A stretch of 29,326 nucleotides of DNA from Paramecium tetraurelia (taxonomy: Eukaryota): positions 186,001-215,326 of the forward strand of contig CT868054.1 of NCBI GenBank assembly GCA_000165425.1. Reading direction: 5' to 3'. The notes beneath the pieces were generated by a model. The model had not been told where the DNA came from, searched no databases, and saw only the letters and a program-made list of their open reading frames with translations. Made by a program: the position numbers and the translations under genes. This document shows positions 1 through 12,600 of this stretch, one piece after another; the first letter of the stretch is position 1, and every line of letters starts with the position of its first letter.

Positions 1-2558
1 GTATTAGAAAGGATCTCAATTTATAGATATAATGTAGAGATTTAGACACAATATATGATTGGAATACTGATCCAGATTTGTATGTCCAAGTAGCCTGTAA
101 GGATTTAACTTTAAATAGCACTTGCATAAATTAATTAAAATAATTAATTAATGTCAATGTTACAGATACATTTTAGTTTATTAAGAAGAATTCAATTTCT
201 TCCTTAACTGTGTAGGAATGGTCAGTCATAGTAACCAAATTTGACTAAATTTACAAATTTACATAAATTATCGTTTTTCTTGAGGATGATTTCCCTGTTT
301 TAGATTTAGATTTCAATTAGGGTTATTTAATGAGATAGGTTAATAATTATGAATAGCTGAATTTTACATTTCTAATCCCATTCAATGAAAAATCTTAGTT
401 ATTAGATCTATCAATTGCACTTATATATAACTATCAGATAATAGCAATACTGTAACCTAAATATTTTTCTCATTAATTTAAGTTATTTAATAGTCTAGAA
501 GAGTTAAAATTGGGGAATAACATTAATCTTAAATTTACAGCATAATATACAAACAATATCATGCCTAGTCTAAATACCATAAAACTGACTATTAATTAAC
601 CTCCTATCTGTTCAAAATTAACTATTACTCGTTCTAATGATTAAGCACTTTCAAATATGATGGTTACAACTACTTGTTAATACTCAGATGATTCTCCTTA
701 TAAGTACGAACTTAGAGTATTTTTGAGAGAATAAGATTTAACAGATTTTTTGAAAGGTTCATCTGATAATTCCTTAATTCTTTATCCTTATTAGTCTTAA
801 ATTCAATTTTAGATTTAAATTCCTACTTCAGTAGATTCTTCAACAATTGGACTTCTATTATAAGTGCTTGATTAAGGAGGATCAATAACTCCTATTTATG
901 AGTAAATTACTTCAACCCCTGCAAAAATTAATTGTTCCTAAATATAATTTACAAATTTGAAATTGCAAAGCAAGATTTCCTTGTTATTTGAAGCGATGAA
1001 TTAAAAATGTAATGAGTTACATAATTAAATTTATCTTGATTTACTTTACTAATAAATTTTGCCAGATTAGAACGATAACATCCTAAAATTTTAAGCTATA
1101 AAATTATATAGGTAGTTTTTAATATAGTTTGGATAGACTAAACCTAAGAATCGATTATTATTTGAATCAAATTAAAAAGGATGCTATGATAAAAATTCAG
1201 GTCGTTTCTTTATTACATAAAATGAGGATGAATCTAATTCAAATTCAACAACAAAGATAGAAGAGTTACAAGATAATGTTAAGAAATTAGATTCATCATT
1301 TAAATATTTTAGAGGAATGAAAAAGCAAAGTGAAGAGGGGCTCAATCAAAATAATTACGTTTGGAATCAAGAACTTTTCTAATAACTATAAAACTTCTAA
1401 GGAGGTTTAATTAATCTATTACTTTGTTGATGAATTGTATTCTAACTTTTTATCAGCCAATACGACAAATGCAACAATTTACTCAAGCATTGTGGAATTG
1501 TTAAAGTATAAAAGCTCTATAACAGATGAAATATAGAATAATATTGTTGTTAATGACTAACCATTATATATTGAGGGTAAAGATATGATTTTTTAATTAA
1601 AAAAAAGAACAAAAAAGATGTTCAATTAATAATTTAATATTGAACCAGCAATTGAAGACTACATAATAGATTTTATTCAATATGAATCTACACATCTTTC
1701 AATAAATCCATTAATATTCAGTCCAGACTAAGATAAAATGCTTTAATAACATTTTAACGACAAAACTATGCAAATATTGTCAGATAATTATTACTTAATA
1801 AAATTATTCAATGTTATTAAAAACAGATATATAACTTATGAAAATATTTCATCTTACTTTGGCACTAAATTTGGAACATATGAGATCTGTTCTAATTAAT
1901 CATAAAAAATTAAAGAATATGAGATATTGTGTATTTCAAGAACAGTCTCTGGAGGATTCCATAAATGTAATTTAAATAAAGTAGAAAACAATGAAACTAT
2001 TGAATTAACTTGTGAATGCAAGAGTTTGGGGGAAATATTATTAATTTCTTCTACAAATTTTAGTTTTGTAGATGTAATTAATAAAAGCACAGAAGAAGCT
2101 GGTTTTGATATAACATCATTCTAAGATGATTTCTTTATTTTAATCATTTGTACAAGTTTTTTGACTATAATACTTTTTGGAATTTATATTTTTTAATTAA
2201 TCAGGGACTTTAGACATAATTCAGATGATATAAATTTATCACAAGCTTGTAGCGTGAAGGTAGATGTAAATAAAATGATGTACAAAGGAAGTTTTACACT
2301 TTTCAAAAAAAAATTCAAAGTATACCTTAATTTAATTATTAGGATATCCATCAAGTCATCTCGCTTGCTTATTATAGAGACTGTTAAATTAAATTCAGTT
2401 ATAGAATTTTAGAAGTCACATCCTAAAATAACTTATTGTTAACATTTAACATTGTAGAGCTTTATTTCTAAAGTCTTAACTTACCCCTGATATTTGCTTT
2501 TATGATTGCTAACCCTGTTATTGTTTTTATTCTGAGAATTATTTATAAAATTATTGAG
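1..2558 (+). CDS. 3' part (copy A) of giant Cys-rich/REJ/GPS polycystin-1-like membrane receptor; 2-nt frameshift near 1421; runs into the N gap
   Basis: Ciliate code, frame from nt 3: IRKDLNLQIQCRDLDTIYDWNTDPDLYVQVACKDLTLNSTC...INQPPICSKL...YSDDSPYKYELRVF...VLDQGGSIT (REJ-like); GPS-like CISRT...TCECKSLGEILLI at 1930-2046; TM segments follow; 23-nt intron 2320-2342. Near-identical to 16550-19111. Lacks 'TA' relative to B (ctattac vs ctattatac), giving TGA at 1428-1430. Confidence 0.85.
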
Positions 2559-2708
2559 NNNNNNNNNNNNNNNNNNNNNNNNNNNNNNNNNNNNNNNNNN
2601 NNNNNNNNNNNNNNNNNNNNNNNNNNNNNNNNNNNNNNNNNNNNNNNNNNNNNNNNNNNNNNNNNNNNNNNNNNNNNNNNNNNNNNNNNNNNNNNNNNNN
2701 NNNNNNNN
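2559..2708. other. Assembly gap (150 N)
   Basis: Run of N; hides the end of copy A and the start codon of the next gene. Confidence 1.
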
Positions 2709-2709
2709 T

Positions 2710-5700
2710 TTGTTTTTCATAATTTTCATTTTGCAAATATACTGCATAGATTAAGACAATAGAATAAATTTACTATCATAACATGAAATCAATTAATAAT
2801 AATATGAAATGTGTAAAAGGAAATATTTTAAATTAGATGATAATTAATATATCATATCTTTCTATTAATGCATAACTTGGGGACTGTATATCTATTGGTA
2901 ATAGAAAATTAAAGAGTTAGAAAATGAAGAGTTAGCAAAACCTATCTAAATATCATATTTAGAGAATGTTTAGATTTGTTAATATAGGCTTTATTTGATT
3001 AGTGAGTTTGGGTACTATTTATTTTGGATTAGCAAAATGAACGAAGTTTAGTTTTCAATGTATTTTGAGTATCCTGGATATTTTAGAAATCTTCTACTTT
3101 CATCAAATTGCCAAAGCAATTATAATGTTCAATATAATTAATCGATTAATTCTACAATAATTTTTCAAAATACCCAATAATATATAATTTAATTTTAAGG
3201 TACAGATATATAAATTGAATAGATGGAGAACATAGTTATTGCAAAAACTCAAAACCAACTTACAGTTATTTACAATTAGGAGTACTAATAAGTAATTTAA
3301 CTAAATACTTTGCACATAACTATTGATAATAATTATAATTTAATATATTGGCTTGATGAAATTACTAAAGAACTAATTTTTTATAAAATTTCATATCCGA
3401 AAAACATAATTTAACCGTCTAAACAGTATATTTTCTAATTTAATAGTGTTTAAGTTTAAAACCAGAAAAAAATTTGCTACAAACTTAAATACATAATAGA
3501 GCACCAATACAACAAAAACTAGACTTTAGATTTCAATTATTAATGTTAAAATGAATCCTCAACAGTCTACAGTAAAGAAGGTTTGCAATTACCTCATAAA
3601 TATGAGATAAAACTTGATTAAAATTTAGAATTTAGACTTAACATTTTAGATCAATACTCCTTTTAATCCATTTGTCCAAAACACTATAATTTCAATCCTA
3701 ATGATACTATTTTACTATATTTTGAAACGAACACTAACATATCTTTTTCAATGATTCAAACTAAAGATTACATCTATTTCCAAAATTGCCATAATTCAAA
3801 TAAAAGCAGAGTTGATATCTAAAATTGTTAGGTATTTTATTTTTAAAGTTATATACTCCTACATAATCAAAAAAAATAAGAACTATAACTTTTTGGATTT
3901 CAGGATATATTAATTAGAAAATTTAGGATATAGATTCAAATCACTGATATTGTTTAATATTAATAAATCTTTTTAATATTTACCTCAGATAGTAAAGATC
4001 CTAAAATAATTGATTTATCAAAACGTTATCAAATTATATTGAACAAATAAACCAATAAAATCTTGAATGCATTACATTAAATTTATTTCTAAGACAAACA
4101 ATAAAATTAGAATTTGACAACTAATCATTTTTTTATTAATTTTGAAAACTAAAAATTGTTTCAGTATAATCAATATTTGATAATTTTAATTCATAAAAAT
4201 GTTCAAATGATTAGGTTAGAAAACATATAAATAATTTTCTTAAAGTAACTACTAAACTTATAGTATTATTTATTGGGAGTACATTTAATCAATAATTCAA
4301 TAAATGATTATCATTTTGATAGTTAATAGGTATCTGTATTGTCTTCCTTTAAATTAGACCATTATGAATTGATTAAACCTTTAAAGTACTAGATCAATAA
4401 AAAATATTTGGCCTTGGCCAGTTTGAGTGAAAATAAAACTTATGTGTTAATATTTGAGATTAGAATAACAAAACCTCTTCTGTTGGTAAAAGTTATTCAA
4501 ATAAGTAGAATCGAATTCTTTTTCTTAGGATATTAATTGTTCTATTATAATTTTGAAGATGAAATTAATATATATAATTTGCTATATTTTGAAGTTTAAT
4601 TATAGGATTCCACTGAACATAATGAAATCGCTGTAAAAACTAACATAACTTTTTAAATTATATCAGAAATGAAGAGTGAACCTACAATTTATTTAGGATT
4701 CACATTAAAGTTTTACAATGAATGCTACCGATTATTTTAAAAAAGTAATCATTCTTCAATAAATTCTACATAAAACCATATAATACCTTCTAAATATTTT
4801 TATGGCTCTATAGACCTATTAAAAATAGAGGTCAGCAATGAAACTAATATTCTTGAGCCTTTAAGATTTATTGAGTGGATTGATATCAGTAGACTCCGAT
4901 ATGAAGGTAGAATCAAGAAAATTGATATTGGTCCCATTCTGTTTATTAACTAGAGCTTTAATGAAACTTATAGCATATATATAGTATTAGCTGATAATGA
5001 CTTAGGTCAAACTTTTATAATTAATCCAACAGATTAATTATTTGTGAAGATATTACCAATTAATAACCAGTATATATTATTTTTTTTTGATTAAGTTAAC
5101 TTCATATAGGGAGCCATGTATTTGATAGATGAAGATACATAAAATTTAATAAAAGAACCTATATAAGAGCTAAATATAACTTTGAATCAATCATATAGTC
5201 ATTATCTTATTTTCAAAACTGGTGATCTAATTGTATTTAAATCTAAATCTCAATTATTACTCTATATGATCCTGAATTCTAGCATAAAGTTTATTGAGAA
5301 TGATTTATATATTCTAGATATTCTTAAAGTATAAGGGAACAATCAATTTTATATATCTTTTTCATAATTAAGAGATAGACAAGCTTATTATTTCCATGTT
5401 CTCTCTATTAATTAATTCAATTTAGTTTCTATTGGTACTGCAATCCTATAACTGTAAACTATTTTTATTGAATTATAAGCCTACGTTCAAATTCTTTTAT
5501 ATGAACACATAGATGAAAAAAGTTAAATTAGTATATTAGACTGTGAAATTATTGATTAGGAATTTAGAATTTAGGTATTTCAGATATTTAATAAAATTTA
5601 AATAATAAGTCAAATTTGCATTAAGATTGAAAATTATTCAATTTCTTTTAAAGTACTCAATATACTTAGGCATGAATTGGGAGATAAAATGAAATTATAA

Positions 5701-6168
5701 TTTTATAATAAAAATCACCTTATTCTACAATCACTCTCAAATTCATACTACTTTTATGATTTAAAAGAGCCTCTAAATTTTATTGATTATTTTGGAAGTA
5801 TTATTTAGAATAATGATTTATATTATCCTTTTAATACTACTCATTTATATGTATTCTAAAGAAACACTAGTTAAATATATTTGGCAGAATTAGGTTACAA
5901 AATTGATACATAGAGTCATCTTTTTGAAAATTAAATATTTACTTTGGTTGCTGAGAATTAGTTATCTTAAGCTCGATGTAGGATAACCATTAATGAAAAT
6001 AGTCATTAAGAAGAGGATAACAATTTTTTAATAAAATTGGTTATTGTATTAGTGCTTATTTTAATTTTTTATTTTCTTTTGAGAAGGATACAATTAAAGC
6101 GTAAATAGTTAAACAATTAAAGGCATCATCATCAAACTTTTGCAAAAATTTCAAACGTTGAAGAATGA
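2710..6168 (+). CDS. Large single-pass (type I) membrane protein of unknown function, ~1150 aa, apparently intronless; start codon in gap
   Basis: One frame free of TGA from 2710 to TGA 6166-6168 with TAA/TAG=Gln. N-terminal signal-peptide tail LFFIIFILQIYC-IDQD; C-terminal TM FLIKLVIVLVLILIFYFLL followed by basic RRIQLKRKQ and a short tail. Confidence 0.85.
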
Positions 6169-6512
6169 TTTATAAATTATAATTATATATATTAAATAAA
6201 TACAAAATTTCTTATTAATCCGTAATGGGGTATAGTTTATTAATTTTGTTAATTCTTAAATTAAAATAAACTTACATTTTTTGTTTAATTTATTATTTAG
6301 TTCTACGGACAAGGTTTACAAAACAAATACTAGGGAATGTTTCATAGTGTATAAATAATCGTTGAGGTCATCATTAGTAAATTTTTCATACTTCCATTCA
6401 ATGAAGTTTTCTAATTTGGCCAACCTATGCTTTGTTGGAGAGTTGGTTTTTTATAAAATAATTTATAGATGAAGCAAATAATAAAAAAATAAGAATTTAA
6501 TTTATCAGTCAG

Positions 6513-7501
6513 ATGATATCAGTATTGCCCATGAATGATCATTTCATTATGTATTTTCTAGCAAATCATCAAGTCTTTTTCCAATTATTACAATTAATCA
6601 AACCGAATAAACAAAATCAATTAATTTAAACTAAATTTCTGATCAATCGAATGAATGATTTTATCGCTCTTGTTCTGGAAGTGTTCCCTCCTGATCATCA
6701 ACTATGGATGGATCTATAAATTAAGGATTAACAATTAGAAGAAGTTATTGCTCAAAATTAAAATTATTTCTCTGATCTACTAAGTAATTATACTCACTTA
6801 TTTCTAGTGCTCTATATCCAAGAGATGGAAATTCGCTAACTCAAGGATAAAAAACTAGGATACAAAGGAAAATACACTACCTAATACAGTGAAGATTTCA
6901 GTGATAAAATAAATAAAGACAACACATCAATTAATCGATGGATTTATGATCGAATCAAATAATCAAACACATTTCTATAAAACATTAGTACTTACAATGT
7001 AAAAACTATAGAATTATATACAGCAACATTACATTCCAAAACGTTACGATAAGATTGGCAATTTCAAACCAGACCATAAACCTAACTTAAATGAAATATC
7101 TTGTCTCTCCTCTTATGCTGTCAATTATAGAGACTGGAAGAAATAATATCATGGTCTCATTGGTCCCATTAATTCCTCTAGCGAGAAGAAACTACCATTT
7201 GTAGCTGAAACCAATTACACTCGAAATTTCGTCACACAAAAATATGAAAAACAAGATCCTATCATCCCTAAATAATTGTACCATATATATCAATATCAAT
7301 AGAGGTCCATTCCCAAATCAACCAAAAACTCTGATTCGAGATACTACACACAAATCTTAGTTATAGTCAAAGAAACAATCCCATTAAAAGCTTAAATGGG
7401 TCTTAAATTTTGATACAATATTAGCCAATTATGGTCTAATTATTAGGGTAGTCTTTTAGTTCTTATTAGATTTATTTAAGGTCCATTTGCATCTATTTTG
7501 A
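6513..7501 (+). CDS. SAXO/STOP (FAM154/MAP6-like) repeat-containing ORF, possibly chimeric or degenerate
   Basis: Open after removing 25-nt introns 6999-7023 and 7278-7302 (possible third, 3n intron near 6784-6807). Repeats TTQYSEDF, STYNQHYIPK, SSYAVNYRDW, LPFVAETNYTRNF, DTTHK resemble SAXO Mn motifs. Start and C-terminus are uncertain; the C-terminus follows a deletion relative to the paralogous copy. Confidence 0.5.
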
Positions 7502-7870
7502 GGATTGCAAACTATTATTTCATTCACTTTATTGTTTAAAATAGTAAATAAATCGATTTTTTTTATCAAACTGCATTTAATTGTTATTCTTCTAATCTGA
7601 TTAAGTTCAGCAAAAATTTGTTTTGCTTTTTCACTCTTTCTTTAAAGAATCAATTTTACAATTTTTTTCTCATATTTTACTTACTTCTTCTCCAAATACG
7701 CTCGAAATTTATTGTCCACTTAACAATTAATTATCATATGTAAGTTCCTTGATTTTCTGACTGAAGCTTCTCTATTCCTTATTCCTTAATCTATTCCCTT
7801 TTTGAGGAGATATTGTTCTCTCAACAACATCGATTGTATTTGATGAGTTAATCGGAGTTACACTCTTCAT
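7450..7870 (-). pseudogene. Decayed coiled-coil-type gene
   Basis: ATG at 7870 reads MKSVTPINSSNTIDVVERTISPQKGNRLRNKEQRSFSQKIKELTYDNQ..., then a TGA and K/E/Q-rich fragments in shifted frames. Homologous relic at ~22680-23100 lacks the 5' end. Confidence 0.4.
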
Positions 7871-9449
7871 TATAAAAAATTAATATATTTTTTATATTAA
7901 GAAAGTTATAATGTTTAAACTGAAACCAACAAGAGAATTTATTATAACAATGTTATTTATTTAATTCAATATCTATTTACAACACTTGTTAAGAAAAAAA
8001 AGGGTGTCTTTATCAAAATGTATAATTTAAAAGTAAAAATTATCATATAAATTTATTTTGTTTTATTTTTTAATTATTTTTCGATTCTCTGTTCAACTTT
8101 CTCTAAACAATATGCATAATAAATAGTAGATATAAATTATGGTATGTCAATAATCAGAATGAAGAGGGGTTAGCAGGTTTAATAAATTATTATATTGCAT
8201 TATTAAGAATTATATTTTTGATGTTCTTTACTCCATGTTAAAGGTGCTAAATATTTATTTCAGGAACTTTGATGAATTATGAGAAGTAAGGTTTCTAAAA
8301 TTTATATATTAATTAGGAGGGTTTTTCAATGGATTTAATCTCTTTAACTTCAGACATTCCTGCCTTAAAAAAACTAAATGAAGGTCTTTTCAATGAAGTT
8401 TATTTTTCATTAAATTAGACAAAAAGAAAAATAGAAAAGTAAGATGTTGGATTATAAAACATTTTTTTCAAAAGACCCCATTAAGAATCCATTCATTTAT
8501 AATTAATTTAAAAATAACACTAATAAAATTGAATTAAAAAAAAATATTTGTATTATAGATTTGACACTTTAAATAAATATTTAAATTATAATACAATTAT
8601 TGGATTTCAATAAGTATTATTAGTGATTAGCAGCTTATAGTAGTTGTAGTTATCAACATCTTAATATTCTAACAAGTATTTTTTGATAGTTAAATCTTTA
8701 ATAAGTAATTAAAATTAAGCAACCATTAAATAAGTATCAATTTAGCTCTAATAAAAATCATTCACTATGAGATTACTTACAAAGCAAGAGGAGTGAAGCC
8801 GTTTATTCAAAAAAAAAATGTTAGGGAATCAGAAAAGCATTGTTTTCTTTAATATATAAGATTCATTGCAAAAAATTAAAAGAAGTGAGGGAGTAAAAAA
8901 ATTACATTTATTTTATATATATATATATAAAGAAAGTCTTCATTAGAGATAAGGATTGAATTAAAATCCATAAATATATAAAGAGAACATAATAATTCTT
9001 AAAGTTTAGAAATAATAAATAGAAATCAATTAAAAGCTCAATATAATAATCTATAATAATAGTAATTATTACGATTATATATGAATATATATGAATATAT
9101 ATCAAACATTTAATTAAATTCTCTATCTTAGATTAAAAAAAACTGATAATTGGTGTCTTAATATTGATTAAGTAACAAGGATACAACAGATTCTGTCCAC
9201 ATCAATTTATTAAGATCAGATGATGATATATTAATTATTAGAATATTTATTTTGTACTAACTTCTAGAATTTATGATGTCTTATAAATTTTGTACAAATT
9301 TACCTTAATTTATGAGCTAACGAATAAATGATGACCATAGTTTGAATAAGTTAAATATTCAAATAGTTTTCCATGCACAAGCAATTCTAATTCTCAAATT
9401 TTAAGGATATTAAGCAACTGTTCTAAAATAGGAGGATAAATGAACTATT

Positions 9450-9600
9450 AAATACTGTATTCAAACTAATAAATTATGATCGAGAAAATAATTTAAATAA
9501 TTATAATCTGAAAACTCAAGACTAAACAACACTATTAGTTTATTCGGATTTAAATAGATAAGGAAAGTTTGAATTTTAAAATCATATTAATAAATAAGAA
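9450..9600 (+). promoter_or_regulatory. Putative shared promoter/5' region of receptor copies
   Basis: Blocks tattcaaactaataaa, aaataatttaaataattataatct, aaactcaagactaaaca, atagataaggaaagttt and aaatcatattaataaa.aagaaATG recur at ~24470-24620. Function inferred from position only. Confidence 0.35.
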
Positions 9601-12600
9601 ATGATTGTTGCTTTTTATTTTGTATCGATTATCATGAAAGTCTTTGGATGGAGAGAGTATTATCGGGAGTACTTTAATATTTATGGATATTAAACATCTG
9701 AAAAATGCCCAGATTTGCATATACAAAAGATTGGTCTGCATCCACACTAATGCGTCTGTAATTTAAAGGGAGTAATTTTAGCTTATGCTTTGATTTGTAA
9801 GGATGTGACAGACGTTATTATAAAAACGGAATTGAATGGAACTCAACATTTATGCCATCCCAAATTCCAACCATGGGGAGCTGGGACTACAACAAGGGAT
9901 AATACCACACTTCATTGTGGGTTTGCTGATGGTGATTAGTTAGTGATGGAAATGCTATCAGATGGAAATTATAAATATTATTGCAAATGTATGTATGAGG
10001 TAATAGTTTAGAATTGACGGATGAAAAAAGTAAACGATGCTTGATTACTGCCCTTCAATATGGCATTTATAGTTGCCAATTTTGCAAGCCTCCTTACTAT
10101 GGACTTGAGTGTAAAAAAGTTATTTGGAGTTTTGATTAACGGTTTTCAAATCCACCCCGATGTATAAATCATTTTTATTTAAGAATGCTTAGGAAATTGT
10201 TTGGAATGCGATGACACTACAATGACAAGTTGTAGTAAATGTATTCCTGGAAGAGATAACCAAAATCCTAGCGATAAAACGTGCTCAATAGGTATATCAT
10301 AGTTTAGACTTTATAGATTGTATAGGATTTACAAGTTGCTCTATAGTTTCTAATACATATGTGTATAGTAATGTTTGCATGCCTGGAACTGTGCTTAGAT
10401 AGGACCGTTGTGCTTGTACATTTTCAATAATAGTTTATAGCATGTCCAGATGGTTGTTTAACTTGTACTTAGGATACAATGTACATGATGAAGAGAACTT
10501 GTGATGTCTGTGATTCTAATTATTTAAGATAATTATATAGTAGCAATGAACCTAATATGTACTTTTGCTATCGAATAAATAATTGTGATAGCACAAGATA
10601 ATAATTGATTAGTTAAACAACATTACCTACTGGAGAATATGTTTATAATATACGATGTTTATTATGCGATCCAGGATATATTTATGTTGTTTCTACTGGA
10701 TAATGCCAACGTAAAATTTATTGAAAATAATTCTTTAGCAAGCTATAGTGTGAAATAAGGTTGTTTCTTTTTGGATAACTAAGGAATTAACTGCGTAGCG
10801 TGTTATCCATGGTATAGTTTACAATAGGATGGCACATGCAAGCAAATGGCCTGCAATTAAGACTGCTTTACATGTTTAGATACAAATCCAGATTTTTGTA
10901 ACACTTGTGATGGTTATAATAATAAAATACCTGATATAAATGGTATTTGCTAATGTAAGCCAAATTATGGTCTTAAAATTGATGAATGTGTAATGTGTTC
11001 TGAGGGTTATTGTTAAGAATGCGAAGTAGGAAATTTTTTTTCATGTACCTCATGTGCACCTGAAACAAATAGAATATTAGTTGATGAAAAATGCATTTGC
11101 AAACCTGGTTCATGTGAACCTGCAGATGGAAGTTTGACATGTATTGGTAAACATACTGAATAATAATTAAGTTTGCGATTAGTCATGTGTTATCTGTTCT
11201 GGTCCAACAATTAATGATTGTACTTTATGCCCAGATGAAATTACTTCAAATAGAATTCAGGTTGGTAATTCATGCCCTTGTAAATAGAGGACCTACATCG
11301 AATCTAAATCAAAGATGCTAAATGCGGAAGTATTTGTAGTTATATATTAAGAATGCCATCCAAGATGCAAATAATGTTTCTAAGCAGCTGACGAAACCTC
11401 AAATTAATATTGTCTAACTTGCATACCTGGATAATACAGAGTACTTTCAGAGAATCTGAATTGTGATTGCAAAGAAAACTATAGTGATTTTGATGGCACT
11501 TCAGACATTTGTTTAAGTATTTTTTAATTTATATTTAGTTTGTGATTATACTTGTGGAGTATGTAATGATTTCGGTCCCACACATTGTACCTCATGTTTA
11601 GAAAGCTCACATAGATATTTAACAGCATTAGGAGAATGTTTATGTAAAACATCATACTTTGATGATCAAAAATTCAATATAGAGTGTTAATGTAATAAGA
11701 AATATTAATCCTAGAATGTCATTATTCATGTTTAAGATGTGCCAATAGCATTGAAGACAATGCATGTTTAGAATGTCCTCCTACTAGAAAGCCTAGTGAT
11801 CCATTAGCCACTTAGTTTTAATGTATTTGTGAATCTTCAAACTTCTTTGACGATGGATTATTACCAACCTGTCTATAATGTGATACCTCTTGTCTAACCT
11901 GTTATGGTCCTCTTTCATCTAACTGTCTAACTTGTGACCCAACTTATAGAGAATTTGATTTATCATCTTGTCTATGTCCCCCAGGATATTTTGATGTTGG
12001 ATAATTGGAATGTGCTAGTAATTCTATATTAAATATTATCAGAATGTCACTATTCTTGTTATTAATGCTTTGATAATACAGCTGAAGGTTGTATAAATTG
12101 TTCAATTGATTTTCATCTTAGAGTGTTAAAAGGAAATACTTGTAAATGTATTGATGGATATTATGATGAACCAGGAACATCTAAATGCAAAAGTAATTAC
12201 TAAAATTATTTTTATAATAGAATGCTCATATAAATGTGAAACCTGTGAAGAGTAAGCTGAAAAATGTTTGAGTTGTCCTTTAAATTCATTACGTACTTTT
12301 GATTCCACTACAGGTTGTCTTTGTCCAGGAGAGTATTACGATTAACAAAATGTCGTAACTTGTTAAAGTAAAATAAAAATAAATTAGAGAATGTCATTTC
12401 AAATGCAAAAATTGTAGTGCCTAAACTGAAAGCTCATGCCTCTCATGCGATCCATTGTCATATAGAGAAATTAAACTTTAATAATGTAAATGCTAACCAC
12501 ATTATTTTGAAATGGAAGTTTAGGAATGTGCAAGTAATTATTATGCTCAATTATAGTTTGTAGTGCTCTTTGTTATGAATGCGTTGATAGACTTGATAAT

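Noticed and set aside
5285..5330. TA-bounded deletions (40 bp here, 400 bp at ~6588-6987) as IES excisions
   Set aside because: Ends fit the TAYAGYNR inverted consensus poorly, 40 bp is in the depleted IES size class, and TA is ubiquitous at this AT content.
6300..6450. Protein-like frames on both strands (FYGQGLQNKYQGMF... on +, KTNSPTKHRLAKLENF... on -)
   Set aside because: Strand and gene limits cannot be decided by eye; treated only as part of the decayed spacer.
8908..9105. Hydrophobic minus-strand ORF; (TA)n and tatatatgaa repeats
   Set aside because: Low-complexity AT-rich sequence, not conserved as a frame in the paralogous spacer, with in-frame TGAs just downstream.
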